From Bispira polyomma (lineage: Eukaryota), in NCBI GenBank assembly GCA_965649765.1, contig OZ287759.1:27652001-27716000 (forward strand): a stretch of 64,000 nucleotides of DNA, given 5' to 3'. Shown here piece after piece: positions 24,260-35,850 of the stretch. Made by a program: the position numbers and the translations under genes. The notes under the pieces are model-generated. The model was not told where the DNA came from. It searched no databases and saw nothing but the letters and a program-made list of their open reading frames with translations. Each line of letters begins with the position of its first letter. The first letter of the stretch is position 1.

Positions 24260-25861
24260 TCATGGAGTGGTAGAGGTAGACGGTGCTGGTAAAGCGGGCT
24301 TGAGGTGTAGCTGATGCTGTGACATTGGCTCGGACTCTGGCTGAGGTATGGGGGGAGCTGTGAGACGACCAGCTGCTAAGTGTTGTCGATCAGGACCACT
24401 TGTGACTGCTGATTGACCACTGGTAAAGGCGTTACCAATATTCCTGGGGCGCTGGAACTAACTGTCTCATATCCAAAGTCCTGGGGTAGTTTGCTGTTGT
24501 ACTTCCTCAGAAAGCTCGAAAAGGTTGACGTTGTGCGCCGACTCCTCAAACAAAGACGCATTAGAAGGTGAGTTTGAATACTGCTTACTAGGAGAAAAGC
24601 TCTGCATTTTCAACTTAGTAGCAACCCCTGAATGTTCTTCCATGCTGGAGTAAGTTGGTGACTTCACACTGTGAGACGCCCTTGTGAGACCACTGTGAGA
24701 AGACTCTGTAGCTGTACCCACCACAACGTATTGTGGTGGGTGCTGAGACTGCTGGGACGGAAAGTTCTGTTGGTAGCAGGCTTCTGCCGAGACGACCCAG
24801 CAGCCGAAGACTCTGTAGCTGTTTCCACCATGACGTACTGTGGTGGAAGCTGAGACTGCTGGGACGGAAAGTTGATTACGTAGCTTGGGACGTAGCTTGA
24901 TTAAGGCGCTCGCGACAGGGTAGACGTCGGAGCTGGTCTGGAGAAAGCACTTTTGACGGGTTGACTTCTGCCTTGCTAGATCTGGCAGAGGCAGAAGGTG
25001 CTGTCTCGGAACTTCTGAAACTCGCCCTCATCCAACTTATCTGCCTCGGATGCTAGGTAGGTGAAAAAGGCGCTACGGTTGGTCACAGGCTTCTGAGGAC
25101 TTCTCTGCTCTCCAACCAAGCGTTGGATCTGCGTCCTGATCTGCGTGACGTGCTCTCCTAGCATCTGGTTGGCGTCTGTGCAGGGAACTTCTCGGAAGGC
25201 TCCTCATGCTGGTCTCGGTGACGCTGTCGCCCTCTACTCTGATGCTGGAGCATCTGGACACATCATGGCTTTCCTGACTGGGTGGTGACAATCCCTGAGT
25301 GGACGTTGCGCTGGGCTTGAAGCCTGAAGACTTGACATGCCTGACGATGTGTGATCCCAGAAACGAGAAGCGCGCGATCAGCCAGTTCTCTCACTGTGTA
25401 AAATCAGGTGGGGCTTGTCCAGACTTCTTAACCATCAACTTTCCGAAGTGTGTCCTCTGTGACTCAAACCAAGTCCTAACCTCATTGGTTTTCAAACCAT
25501 TAGTAGCTGCAAAATTGGACCACAACTTCTCCTTCAGTGTCCTGTCCTTGAACTGTTTGTGGTACTTGTTAAAAAGCACTTCGTTGTCTCCGACAAAATC
25601 CACCACTGCTTGTTCGTCCTCCTCTGCAAGTATAACGTGGACCATTTTCCCTGCCTTCTTCACGCGTCCCCTGTACTGTGAGTTATACTTCACTCCTTGT
25701 GAAGCATCCTCTCTCTCACTCTCTGCTCTCTCACTCATTGTCGGACTCCCTCTGTCATCTCTCCTCTTCCTCTCTATCTCATCAGATGAAACTCCCACTT
25801 CAAATTCCTTCTCTCTCTCCTTCTCCACAATCTTCCCCTTAACTCTCCTCAATCTAGGCAT
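24260..25861 (-). pseudogene. Harbinger second gene: MADF/Myb-SANT-like DNA-binding protein with BESS-like motif, decayed
   Basis: ATG at 25861. MADF-like segment EQAVVDFVGDNEVLFNKYHKQFKDRTLKEKLWSNFA...EVRTWFESQRTHFGKL. An in-frame TGA is followed by ENWLIARFSFLGSHIVRH, and later RSAFFTYLASEADKLDEGEFQKFR. The S/P/Q-rich C-terminus has an internal ~108-bp duplication (24700-24873); the exact 3' end is uncertain. Confidence 0.85.
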
Positions 25862-26739
25862 CTTTAATACTGTGTAATAATAAAAAAACCTGAGGTGTAA
25901 ATTCTTTCCTATCTCAGTACATATAATTAAAAACAATAAAAACCCCTGCAGAAAAAACACAACTTCAAGTACCAGTCAGCAAGTACCATCTGCAAATACA
26001 ATGAGTCCAGTACTGACGGGATGTTTTTATACCCAAATACCCTGTACTGCATAAGTTCAATCCTATTGGTCGGTACTGACTACATCAGATCCTTCTGCTG
26101 ATAAGTTCTGTCCTATCCTCCCCCGGTTGATCTTTTGCCTCTCCCGGCAGATCTGATAGCCAATACGTTCTGTCCTGCTGTGTTAAGTTTGATCGGGGTA
26201 AAACAACTTATTCACACCAAGTTCTGCCAGGGTGACAAAAAGTACGATCCGGGAGTAATACGTCAAGTCGGGAGACAAATAAGTTCGATCGGATTGCCGG
26301 CCCAGCCTGTTGTATTGAAAAAGGGACAGGCCCGGCCGGCAATAGGGCAGTGCGCCCCAACCTATCCGACAGAGCGAATTGGCAATAGGATCGAACATAT
26401 TGATGGTTCTGATTTTGAGGTCCGGGACCAAAAATCGGACACTTTTCAAAATATCTAGCTTTTTTGATATTCTTCCCAACCTTCCCGACCACCCCATTTT
26501 TGGTCCCCGCTCTCCCCATATGTGTCCCGGACCTCAAAGTTGGGAAAGTCGGGACCAAATCCTGAATGTGGAATCCCCACTTTAACAAGGTCAATGACCT
26601 CATAATAACCATATCACACACGTTTTCACTATGATATTGGGTCATACATTCAACGGGAACAATAAACTTTACAGTGAGATGCACGTGTAGATGTGACCGT
26701 CCCATAAATGGGACAATAAAAGGCAAATATATAGAATCT

Positions 26740-27530
26740 ATTAATAACATAAAGACATCTTTGTGAATTTCCGTGAAGTGTGTATTTCAACATGTTTAAA
26801 TGGAGCAATAAATAGCCAATATATAAAATATACTAATAAAATAAGACGTCTTTGTCAGTTTCTGTGGAACTACTAGGGGTTGGGCTTCTCTAAATTGGTA
26901 AAACTTTTAATTATTGTAAATGTTATGGGTACATCGTGTTGGTTTTTATGTCAAAATAAAATTATATGGTTATTAAAAAATATATATGTCCCAACAATTG
27001 GTCCTCATTCATATTGTTTACCTCCTTTAGTATTCCTTCATCCTACTACCTCTTTTCCCCTCCACTTATCCTTGCCTAAAAATTATCACAACTTTATCAA
27101 CCTTTATCTGAACTTGTGGGTGTGTGACTGTGCATTTCAGTATTGGTTAATGGAGCCATGGATGGTCAGTATATAAAATGTACTAATAACATAAATGCAT
27201 ATTTGTAAGTTTACGTGGAGAGGACATTTTAATATTGTTAAATGAAGCCATGAATGGTCAGTGTATAAAATCTAGTAATAACATAAAGACATCTTTGTCA
27301 GTTACCGTGAAGGGGCATTTTAATATTGATAAATGGGGCTATAAATGACGAGTATATATAAAATACTCATAACATAAATGTGTCTTTGTCAGTTTACGTG
27401 GAGGGTGCATTGTTATATTGTTAAATGGAGCCATGAATGGCGAGTGTATATAATCTACTAATGACAAAAAGGTATCTTTGTCAGTTACCGTGGAGGGGCA
27501 TTTTAATATTGATAAATGGGGCTATGAATG
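26740..27530. repeat. ~91-bp minisatellite array, interrupted at ~26870-27120
   Basis: Unit tactaataacataaagacatctttgtcagttaccgtg...aaatggagc.atgaatgg.cagt.tataaaa starts at ~26740, 26831, 27181, 27273, 27364 and 27456. Confidence 0.85.
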
Positions 27531-27929
27531 GATGGAGTGTACAGCTAGCTAATGGCCAGTCGTATAAACTCTACTTAATGTAAACAGTCTTGTTCTTGTC
27601 GACTTGTACAGTTGTATACATTGGGAATATATATAAAATAGGAATAAATCTAGCATTGGGTGGCGAGTGTGCGTGTATATCATCCAAAGCTTTATTTGCA
27701 ATCATTTTATTACAAGGCCACGTCCATTGATACACATGCATTCTCTCCATACACCCCTTCCCCCACAAACTCCCCTTAAACCATTGTACTTACACCACTT
27801 CTTGTACCAAAAACATAAATTATTAAGTATTATTAAATTAAAGTGGTCTGCCACTACTATAGCCTCTGTGACGATGTTATTGTGGATGTTTTGTTATCAG
27901 CAGTATACTGTTTAGACTTATAACTGTAC

Positions 27930-28300
27930 ATTTCAACCCAAAAAATATATGTAAGTAGCAATAGAACTGGGTTCCAAAGGTTACGTTTAACTCAGCCTAG
28001 AATGGGTATATTACCATTACCATGGAGAAACTGGGTGGCATTACAGAAAACCCTTAGAGAGGAAATGATGTGCTTACTCTGTGGTAAGAATTTAATAGAA
28101 GAAAAATACCATTGTTTATGTTGCTGCACTGCATATGAAACTTAACACAAACAATTTATTACATGTATAATGTTGTACCTAACCTTGACGTCTTTGGCTT
28201 CTAATGAACAGTTCATTTAATCAATAACGTCTGGATTGAAACAACGTGCTAAGTATGTTGAAAATATCTGAAATAACAAAAAGTTGAAATTGAATTTACA
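27930..28300 (+). mobile_element. LINE ORF2 C-terminal zinc-knuckle remnant
   Basis: ETG...KPLE...CLLCG...IEEKYH.L.CCTAY across frameshifts matches the LINE C-terminal ETGR..ER.C..C..IEDE.H...C motif. Confidence 0.55.
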
Positions 28301-30519
28301 TACTTACATGTGAAGCAACCATATATTTTTTTAATTTTTAATGTGCTATAAGTTTTAAATGTACTTTGTTATGCTTTAACCTTTCACACATATATTATGC
28401 CTAATATTTTCTTGCCCTGGGTTTTTATTGTATGTTAATTTGTTCTGTACGTATGATATTGTAATTTATACCTTATGATATTGTAAGGTCTATACACTTT
28501 TGTATATTAACTTTTTAGACTATAATTAAGGCAACTTTAAATTTGCTAAGCTGTGGTAACCCCAAATCTGACTCTGATAAAGGTGTCACTTAAATTTACT
28601 TATGGGTAAGCCCTCGTTATCATTTACCTTAAACCCCTTCATGTTAGCCTTTTGTTCTAGTCAGTCTATAAATAAATGTATACAATGAATATAGAAATCA
28701 ATTCTCACTTGCTAATCCATCTTAAAGGTCATACCAAGGGCTATATCTCTGAAGGCTAACATCATTGTTTGCATATTAATAGCAAACTGTGAACACAGGT
28801 TCATTGAATTTCACACAAAAGAGTACTTAGTTGCCAATATCAGTTTATGGTTGGTTAAACTGTGAATGAGCCAGGCTAATAAAGGAACTATCTAATTACA
28901 GAGTATTTGTATTAGTTGTGGAATCATAAAGAATCAATAGTGTGTCTCTTAATGGAGTTACTTATCCATTGCCAGAGCCAAACGATGCCACTAGCAACGA
29001 TAAGAACAGTCCAATAAGTCGTACACTGGATAAAGACTATGTTTATTAAATTTCTTACCCAAGTTACACCGACACATATAATTTAAGTTTTATGAATTGC
29101 AACAACAATATAATATGGCTAACATAATGTCTTCTTTCCGATTAAAAAACCCCAGAAATGTTGGATATATAATCAGCTAGGTTATCTGACAGATCCAAAT
29201 TTAGAAGGAATTATTTTCATTTAAGAAAAAGTAGACTTAAAAACCCCCAAAGTTGGACAGTGAAAACCTGTGAATCTCTACGTGTCTATGAATAATATGG
29301 TTATGTGTATCTATATATTTAAATTTATACAAAATCGTAGACAACCATATATGACCTTGAAATCATTATGCTAAATATGGTTCAACAGAGCTTCAAGGTT
29401 GTGTAATCCAATTCCAAATAGTTTCTATTATCTTTGTGCAGTAGTGTGTACACAATCTAGCAAATATGTATGAAAAATAGACTGGCCACTCCTGTTCAAA
29501 AGCAAAGATTTTCTTTAGCCCACTTTTGCACAGTAGAAGGAAGGAGTTAAACTATGGCACATATCGGATGAATTCCTGCTTTATCTGGCAAATCAAAGGC
29601 ACCTTTTTAGGGAAATATATTTCCCTCTAGATGGGTAACTGAGGAATTTGTGGCGATAACAAACAAAGGCTGGACAAGCTCTTTTTTATCAAAACTTATA
29701 TACTGGAGTATTAATGTTATGTGAAAAGTATATGTACTATTAAAATAAGCCATGTTCATATATATAATCTACAATTGTATTTAATAGCATATTCACAAAG
29801 CACATGCATTTATCTTAACTTTGCTATTAACTATTATTCTGTTTATTTATTATATATTTTACATGAAATTTAATCTTCAAGGTCTCTGAAAAATCACTTG
29901 ACAGTTCGTGCATCTGTTCTTTTTAAAAATAATTATAGCTTCCACGTGGTCGGTATGGTGTGTATATTAATGTTCTGTATTATTTTACTGAATAGATGAA
30001 TAAAGAAAAAATATATGAAAAAAGGAGAGAAAAAAGAAAAAGGTTTAGCCTTTCCAAGGTTATCAAACCTTGAAACAGCCAATATCTGATAAAAACAGGA
30101 ACAATGATTTTTTTGGACAACATTATGATGACAAGGTACAGGTTTCATTGACATCTCATGTTTAGTTTGTCGGGGTAGGGGTAGGGGTGGGGTGAGACGT
30201 GGTAGGGGGGACGAACACACACACAATCATAATTGGAAGTTGCTTGTTGTCACCTGGAACACATTGTATTGTATTCTATCATGTATATTTTAACTTGCTT
30301 TATTGATGCTTGTTATCTTCTTAAAAGCCGCAACTGAATCAATAATAAACCAATAATGTCTCTCCCTTCAACATACATCATAATCAATTGTCGATGGTGT
30401 TGGGAGGTAGATAAGGAATGGTGGTGGTGAGAATTGTTGTTTTCAATGTTTACTCCCCTGAATATTTTTTTTTTTTTTTTGGTCAGAGACCTTTAACTTC
30501 AGGGTGAGCTGGTCCATTA

Positions 30520-30558
30520 CCGGCCATGTTGTACGACGAGTCTAAGATAAAACAAGGT

Positions 30559-30589
<31 letters not shown>

Positions 30590-30700
30590 GGGGGGGGTAG
30601 ATTTATTGATATAATATTCATAAAAGATATATCTTGTTTTATTGTGGTTAATGTTATATTTGCCTTATATATGTGGTTGACATATTTCTCCTATATAGGT
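30520..30700. repeat. Dispersed repeat, inverted copy of ~43925-44070
   Basis: gccatgttgtacgacgagtctaaga...tagatttattgat...gttaatgttatat...ttatat.tgtggtt matches the reverse complement of the 43.9-44.1 kb segment. Confidence 0.7.
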
Positions 30701-31458
30701 GGACTGACTATATTATCAAAAAAAAAAAAAAAATCAAGAATTAATTATGTAGAATTATACTGTTCTATGTTGAAAAAGCTAACACTCCTGGTCTTATTTC
30801 TGTGATTCCTATGTGATTGGTATTTCCCCACAACCATAATGTTCACAAGCAAGTGGTAAAATGGCACAGGATTTTTGGGGTCCGCTCTAAGGTCAAAGAA
30901 ATTGTGGGAAATACTGATGGAGTAAGACTTCCAAAGCTTAATAAAGTTTATATTCATCAATGATCTTGTGTTATTTTTGTTTTCAACAAAATATTCCATA
31001 CTTGTAGAGGTTTTATTATATATGGAGAGATTTATGTTATTTATATTCGTTGTTTCCAACAACCTCCCTCTGACCTGCCTTTTTAAAAAACTATTCTTGT
31101 TTTCAATGTGGTGCCTGGTTGAGGGTATGTGCGTGTGCGTGTGTGGGGGGCAGGAGAGGTGGGGGTAATTATTGACTAGTCAATAAATAAGGTCAGGATG
31201 GACAGAGTGAGAAACAGGAATTGATTGAATCAATTTAGCTGGGATGGGGGGAATAGACACAAGCGGACACCCTGAAGTCGTCATCCTCCTTATATGCAAA
31301 TTGTCAATAATTTCCAAGGACTATTTCCATCAGAGTTAGTTATTTTAATAACTGTGACGTAAACAAAAAAATAAACTCCTTTAAACAATATGCGAACCCG
31401 TATATAATAGTTATAATGGTTTCATGATTTCCACAAAATATTGACCTATTTTTTTTTT

Positions 31459-31710
31459 AATTGGGATATTTAACGTCCACTCTAGTACTTGTTTAGATCA
31501 TATTGGGACAGGTAGTTGGAAACACTGGAGGACACATTGCATACAGTTGATCAGGATTCTGCACTGAAACTAGTGGCCCACAGTAAGGAACTACCACCCT
31601 TCACACATAGGCATCGACGGGAGTCAAACCCACGCCAGCCAAACTAAGAGGTAAGAGACCAGTGATTGTGAAGCGCAATGCTTGCTAACCACTAGGCCAC
31701 CGCAGCCCCC
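31459..31710 (-). mobile_element. tRNA-derived SINE copy 3 (more diverged)
   Basis: Reverse complement ggggctgcggtggcctagtggttagcaagcattgcgcttcacaatcactgg...gtggacgttaaatatccc. Confidence 0.9.
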
Positions 31711-31739
31711 TTTTTATAGTACAGTTTACTATTCATTAT

Positions 31740-32390
31740 TACAGCCTTAAATGTAGTGAAACAAAATATGTAGGGAATGGGAAGCCAGTGTAGTTTATTT
31801 AGGTATGGAGTGCCAAGGCAAAAAGTTACCCTACATAGATAGTTTTTAATGGACTGCATCTTTTTGATCTGTTACTTACTCCAAACAAAGGGGGAGTGGC
31901 AATAGTCAAGGCTAACAAAGGCATTTGCCACAGGTGATAGTAAGTGGTTTCTGATTCTTCTAATGTCACAAATATGGCAATGGCAGGAGCGGCAGAGTGT
32001 CAAACGAGAAGGTGGAGTTCAAAGTGACACCGAGTTGTTTTTTTTCATTTATGCAAGGTAATGTATCTTTACCCAGAAGGGAGATGGGGAATAATGATTT
32101 TAATAGCTCACTGTCTTTCTTATTTCCAATGAGAATCAATTCAGCTTTGTCAAGAGGTAATTTCAATTTGTAGTAGTTCTTCCATGCATTAACAGAGGAG
32201 ACAGTCAGCAAGTAGATCACAATATTTTTAGGTGCGTTTTGAGGGGTTAAGAGAGAAAGATAGACTTGGGTATTATCAGCATACATGTGGGTGTTTGATA
32301 TTATGGTTATAGATGACAGTGCTGAGGAGATGTGTATATAATATAAAAAGTAAAGGCCCAAGGACAGACCTCTTGGTACTCCGTATCAAA
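31740..32390 (-). mobile_element. L2 LINE RT fragment related to 11710-12680
   Basis: HMYADNTQVYLSL...KLKL.LDKAELILIGNKK.SELLKSLFPISLLGKD...LGVTLNSTFSFD. Confidence 0.85.
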
Positions 32391-33750
32391 GTGGGTGTGT
32401 TAACCACTAGGCCACAGGGATAGATATTTTAAAATTACTAGTACATGTTCTATTCTTTTTTACCCGACATTAATTGAAACTCTGCTAGAATTACACTAAA
32501 ACATTACTAAATAATAGAATTGTTAAAGATAAATGTATTATTATTTAATGAATTATGAATTTCTGCGTTTTTCATATCAATAGATAATTTCAACGGATTC
32601 AGATAAACAACTTTACCTTTCTCGGAATACTTTGAACACAAAAGTGGTGCTGCTGGCCTAAATATGTATAATGGGTAATACTCTGGTCTGACCTTATTTA
32701 CTTTAATGACAAACAGTTTACTGATCCTTGGTTTTGCAGGTGTTTGTCCAGAGGGTATTTTTTCCAATGTGTGTGATAAACTCTGTGTTATCGGGATTAT
32801 ATTTAATGAGGTGCACTTAATCAGTACCCCCGTAAAAAGAAATAACATAAGCCACAAATAATATTTTTTTTACTCTAGATTCACGATAGACTAACTTTAT
32901 CTTATTTTCCATATGATAAGATACTTTTTGAACTACATTCTAAAATAGAAAATATATTAATTGACCATTTACTTTGATAGACGAATTATAAAAATTCTTG
33001 CGACGATCTGACCCTTACTTAAGCCTACAAATTTTCAATAGTTTTATCATTGAGTAAGAATTTGTGCATCGTCACATTTGACCACAGAGCCAACTGATTT
33101 TTTCATAATTTTTGTTTTGTCATGTAATATCAAAATATTTTAACCTGTTTGTCTTAAGTTGCAGATAACAGATTCTTAATAGACTATTCCAATGTCTTCG
33201 ATACCATTAAATTTTAAAAACTCATATGTTATATGTATGTTTACAGTTCTACACATACTAGGCACAGTTTGATTCATGACCAGAACTTTACGCCATTTTT
33301 TTTCGACAATCCTTGTTTAAACATTTTACAATTCCAAAAACCTTCCGATTCTTATTTGACTCTGAAAAAAAATCTATTGACATATTTGATTCCCTGCCAG
33401 ATAAATATTTAACACAAGTCCTCTCTAGACAAAGAAGTATTGATATAGATTATTGAAGAGTGCCTGAGCTTACCCTTTCCTATATAATCCTAGCAACACT
33501 GTCATAAATATTGACGCTAGGACAATAACATTATTTCACGAATGTGCGATTACCATATAACCTTGTATTGATTCCCTCAGTTAATTTTTTTTCTGGAAAA
33601 TACGGACTCAAATATTTTTCAAAGCTACATAAAAGCCATACACTATTTTAGTCATGTCCATTTCTGTAGTTTAAATTACACAGATATTTAAAAAAAATGT
33701 AGATAAACATATAATATTTCTACTATAAAGCTATGTATTCCAACTTATAA

Positions 33751-33800
33751 AGGGGCCATGGTGGCTTATTGATGAGTCACGCTTTGACATTTTAATCTAA
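33751..33800 (+). mobile_element. Truncated tRNA-SINE head
   Basis: ggggccatggtggcttattg resembles an A-box-containing SINE 5' end; no B-box follows. Confidence 0.35.
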
Positions 33801-33802
33801 CC

Positions 33803-33854
33803 AGCCCTTTTCAGGGCCTCATTAATTAATTAGTCCTTTTTCAGGTCCACCAAA
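33803..33854 (+). terminator. Two tandem histone-type stem-loops at the edge of the second Harbinger remnant
   Basis: aaccAGCCCT-TTTC-AGGGCC (33803-33818) is one mismatch from canonical GGCCCTTTTCAGGGCC; degenerate AGTCCT-TTTTC-AGGTCC-ACCAAA at 33832-33854. Confidence 0.65.
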
Positions 33855-34121
33855 CCATTCCATGCCACTTTAAAAAATTTACTTCAGCTGCTGGTACTTA
33901 ACTCTTTATACCTTTTCATTTAACATAATCTTTTTGTTGTTTTTTTTTTTTTTAAATTATTTTTCTATTTTCTTTTTCCATTAATTTTTTTTAATTTTGT
34001 TTCTACATTTTTCCCCCTATTTTTTGGTTCCTGTGAATGGTGAGATTCCAAGAGATTCCTACAGAAAACAAATCCAAGATAATAGATTGAGATGTCTGAA
34101 ACCCAAGTTTAGCCTTAAAGA

Positions 34122-35850
34122 TCATGAGTTTATCAATCCAAGTGTCACTGCTGCAATAATAACAAGTGTCACTGCTGTCCCTCCTCCTGTGTTTGTGGGC
34201 AAGGATGGAGGTATAACAATATCTGACATATCATGATAAAACTCCCCCAGCACAGACAGTATGCCTCTGCTCACAGAAGAAGAAGACAGAAAGCTTGTCC
34301 TGTTAACAGATCCAACACCAGCAGTTACAGAGAGGCTGCTGGTTGTCGGTCTTGAAATAGAATGTTTGGTACTAGAAAGGCTCTTTGTAGTGTAGCTGCT
34401 GCTGCTGTGAGATATCTTTATGTGATGAAGACCCACGTTGTTGTGAGAACACCTGATATTGTTGAGACAGCACCTGATGTTGTGCCGGAAACTGGTGTTG
34501 TTATTACGACAACTGGTGTGGCTGTGAGGGCATCTGTTGGTGTTGGTGTGGCGGTATCTTTTGGTGTTGGGTGGCGACATTTGTTGGTAAGCAGTTTGTG
34601 CTGGGGTGGGGCAAATGTTGAAATGACTTGCTGCATGAGAGCTGCTGCTGCCTGGTGCTTGCTTTCATACTTGTCCTGGCTGTACTTCACCAATTTATAA
34701 TAGGTCCTTGACACCGCATGCTCAAAATTGATCCACATGTCTACCTAGAATGATGTGTTTGCAGGCACACAATGCGAAATAGCGTCCTTTTTCCTCTTCT
34801 CTTACTTCATGATGTGGCCCCCATGTAATTCCTTATTGTTATATAATTTCCGGTGGCAGCAACAACATCATCCTTCATTGTCAGACGCAGCATATCCTTC
34901 ACAGTGGAGCAGTCTTCTGCCGAGGACTTGCTTGACCTGTTGTTTGGGGGACCCGGGGTTGAAGATTTGGACGCAAGGACTGTGGGTATCCTCTCCCTCC
35001 AGATTGAGGATGGGCGACATCACTAGGCCTGTCTCGGGTATAGCACTCTAGGCATTTGTTGTCAGTCACTTTCTGAGCTGTAACAATAAAGATTGAACAA
35101 CAACATTAGTAAACAAATAACAAGTAATTTCATTTGGCACTGGTCTGAAAAAAGTATTTCCAAATGTATCAATTGTTTTCCCAAATTACATTGATTTTTA
35201 TTATTTTAATTAACCAGAAATTACTCAATATTTTCAATTACTTTCAATCAATTAACATTTTCAATTACTTTCAATCAATTAACAATTTCTTATTACACAG
35301 AAACATACTAGAATAAAAATATCAATAAGGATACCAACAGTGCAGCTGACAAGGATGGTATGACGGGTGATGTTTCCATTCAGGAAAAAGTGGCCTCTAG
35401 GAGACCGGCTCTGGAGGGCTGCTTGGTTAGTTTGTCATATTTGATCTTCATGGGCTGTCACCAGATGTTGAAGTTGGTCGGCCTCTGTCCGAGTGCAGCT
35501 TGGATAACCCACAGATGTTTGTCTTCTTTTGGATGTTGTATTCCTTACTTTAAAGCACTTCCTGTAGAATAATGGGTTGGTCTTGAGGAATTGAGCCATG
35601 GAGGCCTCCGCCGCATTACCCAAGCTGATGTGTATCTTCAGCTTCCTCTAGACTCTGGTGGTAAAACCACCATCCACAGCCACAACTCTCCAGGTCAGAC
35701 TAGCCAGTCTCTACTAGGGAGTCCCTCATCTCAGGTTGCTCAGGATACTCAGGATCATTAGTCTCTTCCACCTCTTATTCATGAAAGGCAGCCCCTTATC
35801 TTTGGGTTTGGGTGAGGGAACCCACAACCACAGACATGACAAATATTCTA
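34122..35850 (-). pseudogene. Second, diverged Harbinger-type MADF gene remnant with one intron (35334-35078); transposase partner missing
   Basis: EASMAQFLKTNPLFYRK...DKHLWVIQAALG...FNIW*QPMKIKYDKLTKQPSRAG...FLNGNITRH parallels the MADF region at 25.3-25.6 kb. An AT-rich GT-AG intron and a Q/T/S/P-rich C-terminus follow. Confidence 0.7.

Larger units (their letters stand above)
21165..26581. mobile_element. PIF/Harbinger DNA transposon, full-length (5417 bp) but decayed
   Basis: TTA target-site duplication (21162-21164 / 26582-26584). TIRs AGGGGGGGTTCCACATTCAAG and (rc) AGTGGGGATTCCACATTCAGG. GC-rich subterminal repeats (gtcgggac/tcccgacc, ataggat). Convergent transposase and MADF/Myb-like genes. 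Confidence 0.95.

Noticed and set aside
25299-25877. 192-aa plus-strand ORF
   Set aside because: Antisense shadow of the MADF coding sequence.
26135-26750. Overlapping ORFs of 68-180 aa
   Set aside because: They fall in the GC-rich Harbinger subterminal repeats and show no protein-like features.
26740-27530. CRISPR-like array
   Set aside because: Whole ~91-bp units repeat head to tail with no unique spacers and no cas genes, in a eukaryotic context; it is a minisatellite.
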